DNA from: an uncultured Gemmatimonadales bacterium
Lineage (GTDB): Bacteria > Gemmatimonadota > Gemmatimonadetes > Gemmatimonadales > GWC2-71-9
DNA: 64,000 bases
Assembly (NCBI GenBank): GCA_963728915.1
Contig: CAVSLV010000001.1
Location: forward strand, 192,001 to 256,000
Direction of reading: 5' to 3'
Position numbers and translations under genes: made by a program. Below, one piece after another: positions 22,786-32,511 of the stretch. How positions within the stretch are numbered: the stretch's first letter is position 1; each line of letters starts with the position of its first letter. Below the pieces are notes generated by a model that made no database searches, was not told the DNA's origin, and was given only the letters and a program-made list of their open reading frames with translations.

Positions 22786-23744
22786 TGCCAGCTACCGATC
22801 TCCGGCGCGCGCTCGAGACCCTGCGCTGCGACTCGGCTGACCACTTCTGGTTTCAGGGCCTGCGCCATCGCCCGGAGTCGGGCCTCCCGATAGAGGAGGC
22901 AGTCGCCGAGCTGCTGTACGCCACGCTGCACTGCCGGATGCCGTCCAGGAGCGCCGCGGTCCCCGCGTTCAGCAACTGGGTGGGCGCCCGCCAATTCGTG
23001 GATCGGCTTTCCCGGGCGAACTCCGGGACCGGCACCTGGCAGGGGGGGTGGGTCGCTCGAAGCGTTGATCCCGATGGACAACGTATCGTCGAGCGACGCG
23101 GGGTGCAGTTCCGGGCCACGCCAGCCGAGTGCCGGGGGAGCGCGGTCTTCCCGGGTCCGGGAGAAGCCGTGCAGGTTCGCCTCGCCAAGGAGTACCGCGA
23201 GATGGTGCCGGGGTTCTACCTGGCGCTGGGGGAAGCGGACGATGTGCGGGACACCGTCCCGATCGTCCGGATTTACTGGAATGTGACGCCGCGCGGAGCG
23301 GAGCACCTGGTGGGCGTCCTAACCCGCGCTCTCAACCGGGACGGGGTTCCCTTTCAGCTCAAGATCCTGGGAGAGCCGCTTCGCTTCGATCGCTGTGATT
23401 CCGCCGTCCTCTATCTCCCGCGGGAGTGGATCGGTCGGGCCCTCGGTCCGCTGCGCGAGGTGTATACGGAGGTCCGGCGGTGGCTCCGAGCTCCGGTCTC
23501 TCACCTGGTCAAGCCGATGGTGCCCGGCGTGGGGTTGGCGGAAGACCCCGGGGATGGGACCAGTTATGGAGAGCACCGCACCCGCATGCTGGCGCGGCTG
23601 TTCCTTGCCCAGGGGGCTGGGTTCTCGCTGGGACGACTCATCGAGGGGCTCGCCGATCTGGGATTCGACCTCGACGCCCTGTATCTGAACCCGGGTTCCC
23701 GCGATGACTTTCCTGTCTTCGACGCCCGGAACGGACCGTCGTGA
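22785..23744 (+). CDS. HopA1-family protein (LanY-like phospho-Ser/Thr lyase)
   Basis: PGFYLALG, VRIYWNV, FQLKIL...RCDSAVLY, PGVGLAEDP..SYGEHR; overlaps kinase stop. Confidence 0.82.
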   Translation: MPATDLRRALETLRCDSADHFWFQGLRHRPESGLPIEEAVAELLYATLHCRMPSRSAAVPAFSNWVGARQFVDRLSRANSGTGTWQGGWVARSVDPDGQRIVERRGVQFRATPAECRGSAVFPGPGEAVQVRLAKEYREMVPGFYLALGEADDVRDTVPIVRIYWNVTPRGAEHLVGVLTRALNRDGVPFQLKILGEPLRFDRCDSAVLYLPREWIGRALGPLREVYTEVRRWLRAPVSHLVKPMVPGVGLAEDPGDGTSYGEHRTRMLARLFLAQGAGFSLGRLIEGLADLGFDLDALYLNPGSRDDFPVFDARNGPS

Positions 23745-24970
23745 ATTCCGGACCAGCGATGGAGGTTGCCCATCGCTTCGCCGACGCGCTCACCCGGTCT
23801 GCGGTCTGGTCAGGGGATCGTTGTACCTGGCTTGGCACCACCCAGGAGGGTGACGAGGGATCCGATGAGGTCGAGCTCACGTATGGGACTCTGGGCCCCG
23901 ACCTGTATGGAGGCGTGAGTGGTATCGCTCTCTTCCTGCTCGAGTGCGGGAGGATCACGGGCGACCCTCGGTTCGCCTCCACCGCGCTCGCGGCGTTGCG
24001 GCAGGCGGTGGCGATTGCGAACACGCTTCCTGGGGAGGCGCGCGGGGGATTTTTCTCGGGATGGGCTGGAATCGCCTGGGTGCTGGCCCGGGCCGGAGGG
24101 GTGCTGAATCGCGAAGATCTCCTCATCGAGGCAGGTCGGGTGCTGCATGGGCTGGATGAGCCTGCCGTCCCGGTGGTCGCGGATGTCATCTCCGGAGAAA
24201 TGGGGGCAATCCCGCCGCTCCTCACCCTGGCTCGATGGCTGAACCGCGCAGACCTGGAGGAGAAGGCGGTCGCGCTGGGGCGGGGGGTGGTCGCCCGCGC
24301 GATCCGCCAGGGAGAAGACTGGACCTGGCCCGTATCCACCGGTGCGCTCGAAGCGGTGCGGCCGCTCACCGGCCTCTCTCACGGTGCGGCGGGTATCGGC
24401 TGGACCCTGCTCGAGGTGGGACACCGGACTGGCGAGCGGAACTTCCTCGAGGCGGCCCGGGGCGCGTTTCAATATGAGGAGCGGTGGTTCCGCCCGTCGG
24501 AAAACAACTGGCCCGATTTTCGGGAGGAAGACGCCGATCAGGCCCCCTCGTGCGTGGCGTGGTGTCACGGTGCACCGGGAATCGCCTTGACCCGGCTCCG
24601 TGCGATCGCCTTGGGACATGCCGAGTATCTCGATTCGGCCAAAGCGGCGCTCGCAACGACCCGGGAGGCGCTGGCTGATCGAGACGAATGGATCGAGGGA
24701 GATTGTTCGCTTTGTCACGGCCGGGCGGGTCTCGGGGAAATTCTCCGCTGTGCGACCAGCGTGCTCCCCGAGGAAGGGGGCACCGAGCTGGTTCGGGAGA
24801 TGGCGGCCGATGCCATCGAACGGTACGGGTTTCAATGGGACGAGTGGCCCTGCGGGGTGCGACGGGGGAGTAACCCTTCGCTCATGCTGGGTCTCGCCGG
24901 CATCGGATACTTCTACCTGGGCCTGGCGGAATCCGAACTACCCTGCATCCTGCTCCCGGGCTCGTGGTAA
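23741..24970 (+). CDS. Stand-alone LanC-like lanthionine cyclase
   Basis: DLYGGVSGIALFL, GLSHGAAG, AWCHGAPG, SLCHGRAG (Zn ligands Cys/Cys/His), SLMLGLAGIGY; GTGA overlap. Confidence 0.88.
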   Translation: MNSGPAMEVAHRFADALTRSAVWSGDRCTWLGTTQEGDEGSDEVELTYGTLGPDLYGGVSGIALFLLECGRITGDPRFASTALAALRQAVAIANTLPGEARGGFFSGWAGIAWVLARAGGVLNREDLLIEAGRVLHGLDEPAVPVVADVISGEMGAIPPLLTLARWLNRADLEEKAVALGRGVVARAIRQGEDWTWPVSTGALEAVRPLTGLSHGAAGIGWTLLEVGHRTGERNFLEAARGAFQYEERWFRPSENNWPDFREEDADQAPSCVAWCHGAPGIALTRLRAIALGHAEYLDSAKAALATTREALADRDEWIEGDCSLCHGRAGLGEILRCATSVLPEEGGTELVREMAADAIERYGFQWDEWPCGVRRGSNPSLMLGLAGIGYFYLGLAESELPCILLPGSW

Positions 24971-25066
24971 GCCCTCACCTCCGCCAGGCGATCGGAGATC
25001 CGGGGGATCGAACTAGATTCGGAAGCAGGAGCGTTCGGCGCTCCGATTCATTCGAGGAGGCAACCG

Positions 25067-25498
25067 ATGAGATCCATCCCCATCGCGGCCGCACTTAGCG
25101 CAAGCCTGGTATCCACCGGCGTTGCCCAGGCGACCCACAACCCCTGTTCCATGCTGACCCAGACCGAGCTCAGCAGCGCTCTCGGCGTGAGCCCCGGCGC
25201 CGGCCAGGCCATCGGAACGGTCGGATGTCAGTGGGCGGGATCGCAGATCCGGGTAACCGTCACGTTCGGGGACGGGAGCAACTTTGCCATCATGAAGACT
25301 CCCCTTCCCCAGGTCACCAAGAACGCGGTGACCGGAATCGGTGACGACGCCTTCACCACGACTGTGGGCCACCTCACGACCCTCTCCGTGAAAAAAGGCA
25401 AGGACCTCTTCATCGTGCGGGTCTATGGGGTTCCGGATCAGGCCAAACAGATCAAGATCGAGAAGGATCTGGCGATGGACCTTCTGGCCAGGCTGTAA
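25067..25498 (+). CDS. Secreted hypothetical protein (two Cys, DUF3558-like)
   Basis: Signal peptide, NPCSMLT...GCQW, VTGIGDDAF; GAGGAGG RBS. Confidence 0.7.
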   Translation: MRSIPIAAALSASLVSTGVAQATHNPCSMLTQTELSSALGVSPGAGQAIGTVGCQWAGSQIRVTVTFGDGSNFAIMKTPLPQVTKNAVTGIGDDAFTTTVGHLTTLSVKKGKDLFIVRVYGVPDQAKQIKIEKDLAMDLLARL

Positions 25499-25500
25499 CC

Positions 25501-28371
25501 TTAACGCCTGGTTCCCAGGTTTCGGACTGCGGCTCGAGCCGCCAGGACGGTGGGTTGGAGCACCGAGTCCGCCTTGCCCCAGAGGGCGGCGACTCGGGCA
25601 AATGCATCAGCGGCGAGCTGTTTCCTGTTCATCCCTTCCTCGGCCCGGCCCTTCTCGAACAACATGATCACGTCCCAGGGGAAGGCGGTACTGGGGGTTT
25701 CCCGGTCGAGCCGGACCAGCGCCTCGGCAAACCGGCCTCGGTCGTTCAGCAGGCGCACCGTCAAGTACCGTTCCCAGTCGCCGATGCCTTCCTGATTCAC
25801 AAAATCGGGCAATCGCAGAAACAGCTGAAGGGCCTGGGCGCTATCGCCCTGGGCCAGGTGCCGATAGGCGCGGGCCGCCACGGCCAGAAACCGGCTCCGG
25901 GGAGACGACTCCCGCTCCGCTTGCCCGATCGCGCGGGTTATGGAAGCGGTATCGCGCGCCCGGAGCCACCAGGGGAGGGCGAAGATCAGGTCGGGCGCGG
26001 GCGCGGGCCGCGCTTCCAGCAGGCGTCCGAAGATGGCCCCGGCGCTGTCGCGGGGCATCCCGCCCAGCGCGGCGATCTGGGAGTCCAGGTAGAGCCGATC
26101 GGTGCCCAGCACCTCGTAGGCCTCGCCCAGGTGGCCCCGGTACGCCAGGGAGAACGCCAGGATGCGCCGGGCTCGAAACGGGTCGGCCGAAAAGCTCGGG
26201 TCACTGGGTCGTCGGGCAAGCTCCTGGTTGATCCGAAGAATGGTTTCCGCCGAATCGTCGGCGTGCTCGAAGATCGAGTTCAGCAGGTACAGCAAGCGGG
26301 GTGAGGCCGAATCCAGTGCCTGGGCGACCATGGGGGCGCCGGCCTGCCGGGGGTCCATCAGCGCGAGCCCCAGGCGCGCCGCGTCGCCGGTGAGTCCGGT
26401 GGGCTTGAGGCGGAGATAGGCATCGAGATAGCGGCGGGTGAACGAGAGATCGCGGACCGCCGTGGAGAGCATCATCGCCTCGACGTAGGCAGGGGCGAAG
26501 GACGAGTCCAGGTTGATCGCCTTGTCCAGCGCCTCCAGGGCCGATTCCACATGGATGCCGAGCAGGTAGCCGATGCGGCTCCGGGTCCGGCCCAGCTGGA
26601 ACCAGACCTCGGCGTCGTCGGGGAAGCGCTGGTTGGCCAATTCGAGGGTCGAGATGACCCGAAGCCGCTGCTGCTGGGCGATCGAATCGAGCGCCGGTGC
26701 GTCGCTCACCGAGGCCAGGACCGAATCAGCGGCCACCATCAGACTTTCTCTGGGAGCTAGCCCGTGGTTCAACCGACCGGCCCGCAACGCATACGCCCAG
26801 GCCAGGGAATCGAGCCCGGTGCCCTTGTAGAACCGAGTCTGAAAGATCCGGTAGAACGCCATCGCGAAGGTCGAATCCAGCAGGGCGGCTCGCTCGAACT
26901 CAGTCCCGGCAGCATCCCAGTTCGCCCGGCGGAAGTATTGCTCGCCCTGGAGGTAGGCCTTGAGGGCCGGCATCGAGCGGGTTCCCACCGTGGTCAGGTG
27001 AACCGCGCCGATGGGTCTAACCCGCCCAACCGTGCCGAGGATCCCCACGGTCAGGGAATCCGCCGCGATGTCGATCCGGTCCTTGTTCCCCCGGTACTCG
27101 ACTTCGCCGATCGTCTCGCCGGATTGGGCATCAACGACGCTCACCCTGAGGCGAACCGAGTCCCGGCCGGCGGCGATGACCGACCCGACGACGCCGAGTC
27201 CCGCGCCAGTGCTCTGGGACAAGCGCCGGGCGGAGGCGGGATCGGCCCGACCCGACCAGCTATTCAGTACCGTTGCGGCGGGAACCACTCGAAGCGGGCC
27301 CACACCGTTCAGGCTCTGCGACAGGATGTCCACCAACCCTTCCCGCCAGAGCTCGAGCCCCGACCCGACGGTATCGAACGGGGCCACCGCAATCAGGTTG
27401 GGGTCACTTGTGGATCCCCGATTCAGCCCTGACCAGGCCGCCCACCCCCCGATGGAGAGGGCTACACCGAGCCCGACGAGAATGGTGGGCTTCCGCCAGC
27501 TGGTCCAGTCCGCTCTCCTGGCCCGACGCGGTCCTCCGGTGGGGTCGTCCAGGGCGCGGGCGAACTCTCCGGCGGTCTGGAAACGCTCGCCGGGATCCTT
27601 GGCGAGGCCGGTTCGGAGGACCCGTTCGATCGCGGCGGGCACTGAGAACTCTTTGGTGCGGAACGACGGGGGCTTTCCCGCCACGTGGCCCGACACGATC
27701 GCGTGCAGGCTGGGTCCGGTGTAGGGAGGCGATCCGGAAATCATCTCGTAGATCACGCACGCGAGCGAGTAGATATCGCTCCGCCCATCCAGGCCGGGAT
27801 CGCTGAGCGCCTGCTCCGGACTCATATAGTGCGGAGTGCCCACCATCATCCCGGTCGAGGTGAGTCGCGCGGCGCCTTGGGCTCCACCCACCGCCCGGGC
27901 AATCCCGAAATCGGCTACCAGGGCATGTCCGCCGCTGAGCATGATGTTCTCGGGCTTGATATCCCGGTGGACCACGCCCTGCCGGTGGGCGTACTCGAGC
28001 GCCTCGGCGACTTCCCGGGCGAACCGGAGTGTCTCGTCGAGCGGAAGTCGCTTGTCCCGCTCCATACGCCGGCGCAGGGTCTCGCCGGCGATCAACGGCA
28101 TCACGTAGTAGTAGAGGCCGTCGGCCTGCCCGGAGTCGAACACCGGCACGATGAGCGGATGCTGGAGCTGGGCGGCAATCTGGATTTCCTGGAGGAAGCG
28201 CTCGGGAGAAAGCGCCGAGGCGATCGCGGGCGACAGTACCTTGATCGCGACTTCCCGCCCATGGCGGAGGTCCCGGGCCCGGTACACCGTGGCCATTCCG
28301 CCGGCCCCCAGCTCGCCGTCGATCCGATATGCGTCCGCCAGAGCGACTCGAAGCCGCTCAACGACCTCCAC
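25501..28371 (-). CDS. Hanks-type Ser/Thr kinase with TM and TPR-like extracytoplasmic region
   Basis: GAGGMATVY, VAIKVL, HRDIKPEN, DFGIA, GTPHYMSPE. Confidence 0.92.
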   Translation of the reverse strand: MEVVERLRVALADAYRIDGELGAGGMATVYRARDLRHGREVAIKVLSPAIASALSPERFLQEIQIAAQLQHPLIVPVFDSGQADGLYYYVMPLIAGETLRRRMERDKRLPLDETLRFAREVAEALEYAHRQGVVHRDIKPENIMLSGGHALVADFGIARAVGGAQGAARLTSTGMMVGTPHYMSPEQALSDPGLDGRSDIYSLACVIYEMISGSPPYTGPSLHAIVSGHVAGKPPSFRTKEFSVPAAIERVLRTGLAKDPGERFQTAGEFARALDDPTGGPRRARRADWTSWRKPTILVGLGVALSIGGWAAWSGLNRGSTSDPNLIAVAPFDTVGSGLELWREGLVDILSQSLNGVGPLRVVPAATVLNSWSGRADPASARRLSQSTGAGLGVVGSVIAAGRDSVRLRVSVVDAQSGETIGEVEYRGNKDRIDIAADSLTVGILGTVGRVRPIGAVHLTTVGTRSMPALKAYLQGEQYFRRANWDAAGTEFERAALLDSTFAMAFYRIFQTRFYKGTGLDSLAWAYALRAGRLNHGLAPRESLMVAADSVLASVSDAPALDSIAQQQRLRVISTLELANQRFPDDAEVWFQLGRTRSRIGYLLGIHVESALEALDKAINLDSSFAPAYVEAMMLSTAVRDLSFTRRYLDAYLRLKPTGLTGDAARLGLALMDPRQAGAPMVAQALDSASPRLLYLLNSIFEHADDSAETILRINQELARRPSDPSFSADPFRARRILAFSLAYRGHLGEAYEVLGTDRLYLDSQIAALGGMPRDSAGAIFGRLLEARPAPAPDLIFALPWWLRARDTASITRAIGQAERESSPRSRFLAVAARAYRHLAQGDSAQALQLFLRLPDFVNQEGIGDWERYLTVRLLNDRGRFAEALVRLDRETPSTAFPWDVIMLFEKGRAEEGMNRKQLAADAFARVAALWGKADSVLQPTVLAARAAVRNLGTRR

Positions 28372-29103
28372 GGGTTGCTCGCTTGCCTTTCGGCTTGAGG
28401 GAGAGGAGCGCCGGGTGCGCGTAGCGATACAGCCGGCCGGTTTTCCCGAGGGCCTTGCGGTAGCGGGAGACGAGGTGGCTGCTGTCGTACTGGGGCCAGC
28501 TCACGTACCCACCGTGGGCCCCCTTGCGGGGATCGAAGAAGCCGATCTCTCCATTGTCGTTCCAGCGAAATGCCTTGAGGCCGGTTCCCAGAAAATCGTT
28601 CCGGCCGCCCTCCTCTTTCATGGCGTTGTAATAATGCGGTAGCACGAAGTTGGAGACCGATGACTCCCGTCGATCTCGTAGGTCTCACTCTGGACCGGGT
28701 CGCAGACCTCGCGATAGTGGAACACTTCGCGCTGGTAGGCTGGATGGGGACCCCGGGCCAGGGTATTGAGCTGAGGGTCGGCGATGAGCTCGAGAGCCTC
28801 ATGGGAGAGGGCGCTGTGCCAGTTGAGCCAGGGGATCGATTCGTGGGCGAGGGCGGAGATCTCGGTGAAAATGTGTCCGGTCGGAATGTTGTTGGGATTC
28901 CAGTGAAAGTTGTGTCCGTGGTCGTAGATCCGGATGATGGCGTCCGCGTCAAGGACCTGGCCCTTGCGGTCGGCCAGGCGCAGGGTTCCGGTCAGATCCC
29001 AGTAGGGAGAGAAGTCCTCGACGATCTGGCGGTTCACCGCCCGGATGGCGGCGAGCACATCGGTATCGGGAACCTTGGAATGGTTCTTCACGACGATGAT
29101 CAT
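28358..29103 (-). CDS. Hypothetical protein with HExxE..DP / EVCDPV putative metal-binding motif (frameshift near 28660)
   Basis: ALSHEALELIADP, YREVCDPVQ, then SNFVLPHYY in the next frame. Confidence 0.65.
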
Positions 29104-29220
29104 GAGGGCTCCGGAGCTGGGCGGATGGAACCATCCCCCCCGTAAGTTGCCCTGTTTGACGGGGCGCGCCAGTGCCGAACCGGACCGCGAGGGCGGCCGA
29201 GAGCCGTGCCGGGATCTGGC

Positions 29221-30738
29221 TCACCGCTCCAACCGGGCCCCGGGGTCCAGGGCCGGCCGGCGCGCCGCGTTAGCCGCGTACCATCCGGTCAGGTACATCC
29301 ACCGCGCCATCCGGGTGAGCTTGGCGTAGTCGATCCGCTCGGGCACATCGTTGGCCGTGTGATAGTCGTCGTGCAGGTTGGTCGAGTACATCAGAGCCGG
29401 AACTCCCACCCGCGCGTAGGGCAGGTGATCGCTGCGGAAGTACCATCCCTCGGGGTGCGTCGGCCGGTCCCACAACGTGTCCAGCACGAAGTGCGAGGTT
29501 TCGGCGTTGGCGCGAAGCGCCATCTCGACCAGCGCGGTGGAGTTCCGGTGGGGTGGCTGAGCCCCGAGGAGCGCGGCTGAGTCGGGATTGTTGCGGCCGA
29601 TCATGTCTCCGTTCAACACCGCGACGATCTGCCCGATCGGCACCACTGGGTGGGCCGAGTGATAGCGGGAGCCGAGGAGCCCGCGCTCCTCGGAGCCGTG
29701 GTGCACGAAGAGCAGGGAGCGGCGGGGCGGCGCCTTGACGAAGGCGCGCGCCGCAGCGAACTGCGCCACGCTCACCGAGGCATTGTCGTCCGCGCCGGCG
29801 AGCACCGAATCGTGCGCGGTGAGCAGGCGCACCCCGTTGGCGTCCTGGTGCGAGCTATAGAGGACGTACTCGTTGCGGAGGGCAGGGTCGGTGCCGCGGA
29901 GCCTCCCGATCACGTTCACCGACGGGACATCGAAGCGTTCCAGCCGGAGCGAGAGCGTGGCGTTGGCTCCTCCCAGCAGGGCAGGGCCCTCCGCTCCGCG
30001 GACCAGTACCGCGGGCGTCGGTCCTTCGCCGAGACTGGGCGGTGGGCCGATTCGGTCGGAGCCGTTCGCGGTGCGCGGGGTGGCGTGATCCACGTCGTAG
30101 CTTCCCCGTCCTCGCTGGATCGCCTGGTAGTCGAACAGGGAGTCGGTATCGGGGCCGGAGACCAGGATGATGGCGCTCGCCCCCCGGCGGGTGAATCCCA
30201 GGAGCGCCGTGCGCACGGCGGCCTCGACGTAGCGCACCCCGTAGGGATACGACGTGGTCCGAACCGAACCGGCAGGAGGCGTGGGGAGCAGGGTCGCAAC
30301 GATCCGGCCTCGGAGGTCGATCGACGTATCCGACGGGTCTGAGATCCAGAGCACGGGCCCCGAGGCTTCGACAGGGACCACGGTGATCGGCACAAGGTCC
30401 CTGTTCACCGCCAGAGGGCGCCCTGCGATCTCGGCATGGCTCGCGATCTCGGAGACCCGGGTCCGGGTGATGGGGAACCACTGAAACCAGGTCCCGTTCT
30501 CGCCGGCGGGCTCGAGCCCGATCTTCTTGTATTGCTCCGCGATCCAGAGCGAAGCCCGGATCTCGTCGAGCGTGCCGCCTTCGCGGCCCCGCATTTCCGG
30601 CGAAGCCATGGCGAAGAGGTCGCGGCGGATGTCCGCCTCGCGGATTTCGCGGATCGCCTCGGGAACCCGGGCGGTCGAAGGTGCCTGCTGGGCCAGGAGG
30701 GTGCCTGGCAGCAGGAGAGCGAGGATCAGGCAGCGCAT
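29221..30738 (-). CDS. M28 family peptidase, secreted
   Basis: Signal peptide, MRGREGG, SHQD, GADDNAS, SEERGLLGS, NGDMIGR, RSDH, DYHTAND. Confidence 0.9.
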   Translation of the reverse strand: MRCLILALLLPGTLLAQQAPSTARVPEAIREIREADIRRDLFAMASPEMRGREGGTLDEIRASLWIAEQYKKIGLEPAGENGTWFQWFPITRTRVSEIASHAEIAGRPLAVNRDLVPITVVPVEASGPVLWISDPSDTSIDLRGRIVATLLPTPPAGSVRTTSYPYGVRYVEAAVRTALLGFTRRGASAIILVSGPDTDSLFDYQAIQRGRGSYDVDHATPRTANGSDRIGPPPSLGEGPTPAVLVRGAEGPALLGGANATLSLRLERFDVPSVNVIGRLRGTDPALRNEYVLYSSHQDANGVRLLTAHDSVLAGADDNASVSVAQFAAARAFVKAPPRRSLLFVHHGSEERGLLGSRYHSAHPVVPIGQIVAVLNGDMIGRNNPDSAALLGAQPPHRNSTALVEMALRANAETSHFVLDTLWDRPTHPEGWYFRSDHLPYARVGVPALMYSTNLHDDYHTANDVPERIDYAKLTRMARWMYLTGWYAANAARRPALDPGARLER

Positions 30739-30868
30739 GGAAAGCCTCGGGCAAGCGAACGGGCCGGTTCTCCGGACTCGCGGTTCCTCGCGAGCCCGGG
30801 GATCATACCGCCTACCGGGTGACGGCGCGACATCGGGAGAGGCGCCCGGTGGATGGGCCGGAAGGGGT

Positions 30869-31999
30869 TTAGCGGCTCCCCAGCGGGGGCACCGGGTACC
30901 GCTCCAGGAATTGCAGCCCGGATTCCTGCTCCCGCACTGCGTAGAGCCCTTTCCGTCCCACCGCCAGAATCCGGCGCCCGGCCCCGAGCTCCACCTGTGC
31001 GATTCGCCGTCCGGATCCGTCGAACACATCGTACTGCGCCGGCGTGCCCTGTTCGGAGGGATGGCCCACCCAGAGGATTCCGCCCGGCGCGGCGAGCACG
31101 TCACCGGCGCTGAACATGGGATGCCGTTCCGCGAACTGGGTGCCGGGGGTGATCGCCGCGACTTCGGCCTCGGTCGGCGTCGGCGAATGGCCTAACCCGC
31201 CTCCGGGACCCCTGCCGCTCATGGGACTCTGGGTCAGGAACTCCCGGACGAAGGCCACCCGGTCGGCCGGAGTGACCGGGCGGGTTGGGAAGGCATAGCT
31301 CGGTCCCCCCACCCCCGTCTGTCCGGGACGGAACGACTCGATGCGATAGCTGCCGGCGCGGACCACCCGGATCCTCCCCTGATCGTCCAGGGTCCACGCG
31401 TCCTGGGCTGCGTAACCGACCGTGGGAATCCGGGGCGTCTTCGCCGGGCTCCGGATGTCGGAACGCATCCGGTCTCCCTGAATCACGGTGACCAGACTCT
31501 CCGCGTTGGTTTCGGGGCTCCAGCGCACCACCCTCACCGAGTCGTCGGGAAGGGGATTGGCTTCGGACCACGCCGGCACGGCGTAGTAGAAGTCTCCCCT
31601 GGCATCGACGCCCCGCACCCCAAGCAGCCCGATCCGCTGCCCGGTGATGGTGCGCACCGGGGAGCCGGTGGGATCGAACACCAGGAGGCGGTTGTTGCCG
31701 AGGTCAACTAGGAGCGTGCTGTCGCCGGAGAAGGGGATCAACCGGGTGGGGAGCCGCGCCTCCCTGGGCCCACTGCCCTGAGTGACTTTGGGAGTGACGG
31801 TCTTCCGGGAGAAATCCACCAGCACCACCCGTTCGTCCATATAGTCGCTGACGAGCGCTCTCCCGTCAGGGAGCTCTCGGATGCCCCGGACCGCCGAGAA
31901 CTCCTCGGGCAGGGTCGCATCAGGGGTGGTGAGCTTGATCGCCGCATTTGGAGGGGCCTGGGTCTGCAATAGAACGGCGAGGCTGAGCAGGATCGGCAT
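30869..31999 (-). CDS. Secreted beta-propeller-like protein
   Basis: Signal peptide; FSAVRGIRELPDGRALVSD, GSGPRE, DSTLLVD, YDVFD blade-like repeats. Confidence 0.7.
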   Translation of the reverse strand: MPILLSLAVLLQTQAPPNAAIKLTTPDATLPEEFSAVRGIRELPDGRALVSDYMDERVVLVDFSRKTVTPKVTQGSGPREARLPTRLIPFSGDSTLLVDLGNNRLLVFDPTGSPVRTITGQRIGLLGVRGVDARGDFYYAVPAWSEANPLPDDSVRVVRWSPETNAESLVTVIQGDRMRSDIRSPAKTPRIPTVGYAAQDAWTLDDQGRIRVVRAGSYRIESFRPGQTGVGGPSYAFPTRPVTPADRVAFVREFLTQSPMSGRGPGGGLGHSPTPTEAEVAAITPGTQFAERHPMFSAGDVLAAPGGILWVGHPSEQGTPAQYDVFDGSGRRIAQVELGAGRRILAVGRKGLYAVREQESGLQFLERYPVPPLGSR

Positions 32000-32143
32000 C
32001 GGGGTGCCCGGAAGAAGGAGGCCAGTCCTGGGAGGATGCGCGGGGCGAGGCCCGGGTTGCGAGCACGTCGGCTGGCATTATCCGGACCCGTTGTGCAATC
32101 TTACGATCACTGGTTCCGTTCGTGCCACGTCATCTTGGGGGGC

Positions 32144-32497
32144 ATGGGTTTGAGCTATATCCAGGGTACCGTGCAGGGACCTGCCGGCGAGCGGTCGGTC
32201 CGCTTCCTGATCGACAGCGGGGCGGGCTATTCGCTGTTGCCCGAGGAGGTGTGGCGCGCCATCGGGCTCACCGCCAAGCGGGAAATGGAATTCGCGCTCG
32301 CCGACGGCACCACGATCCGGCGATCAGTTTCCGAGTGCCACATCTCGTTGCCACAAGGCGAGGCACACACACCGGTGGTCCTCGGAGAGCCCGGGGACGC
32401 CGAGCCCTTGCTGGGGGTCGTCACGCTCGAGATTCTCGGCTTGGTCTTCGATCCTTTCCACCGCACCCTCAACCCGATGCGCGCCCTGCTGGTCTGA
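32144..32497 (+). CDS. Clan AA (retropepsin-like) aspartyl protease
   Basis: FLIDSGA, FALADG, PLLGVVTLEILGL. Confidence 0.85.
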   Translation: MGLSYIQGTVQGPAGERSVRFLIDSGAGYSLLPEEVWRAIGLTAKREMEFALADGTTIRRSVSECHISLPQGEAHTPVVLGEPGDAEPLLGVVTLEILGLVFDPFHRTLNPMRALLV

Positions 32498-32511
32498 CGG
32501 ATTCGACCCGT

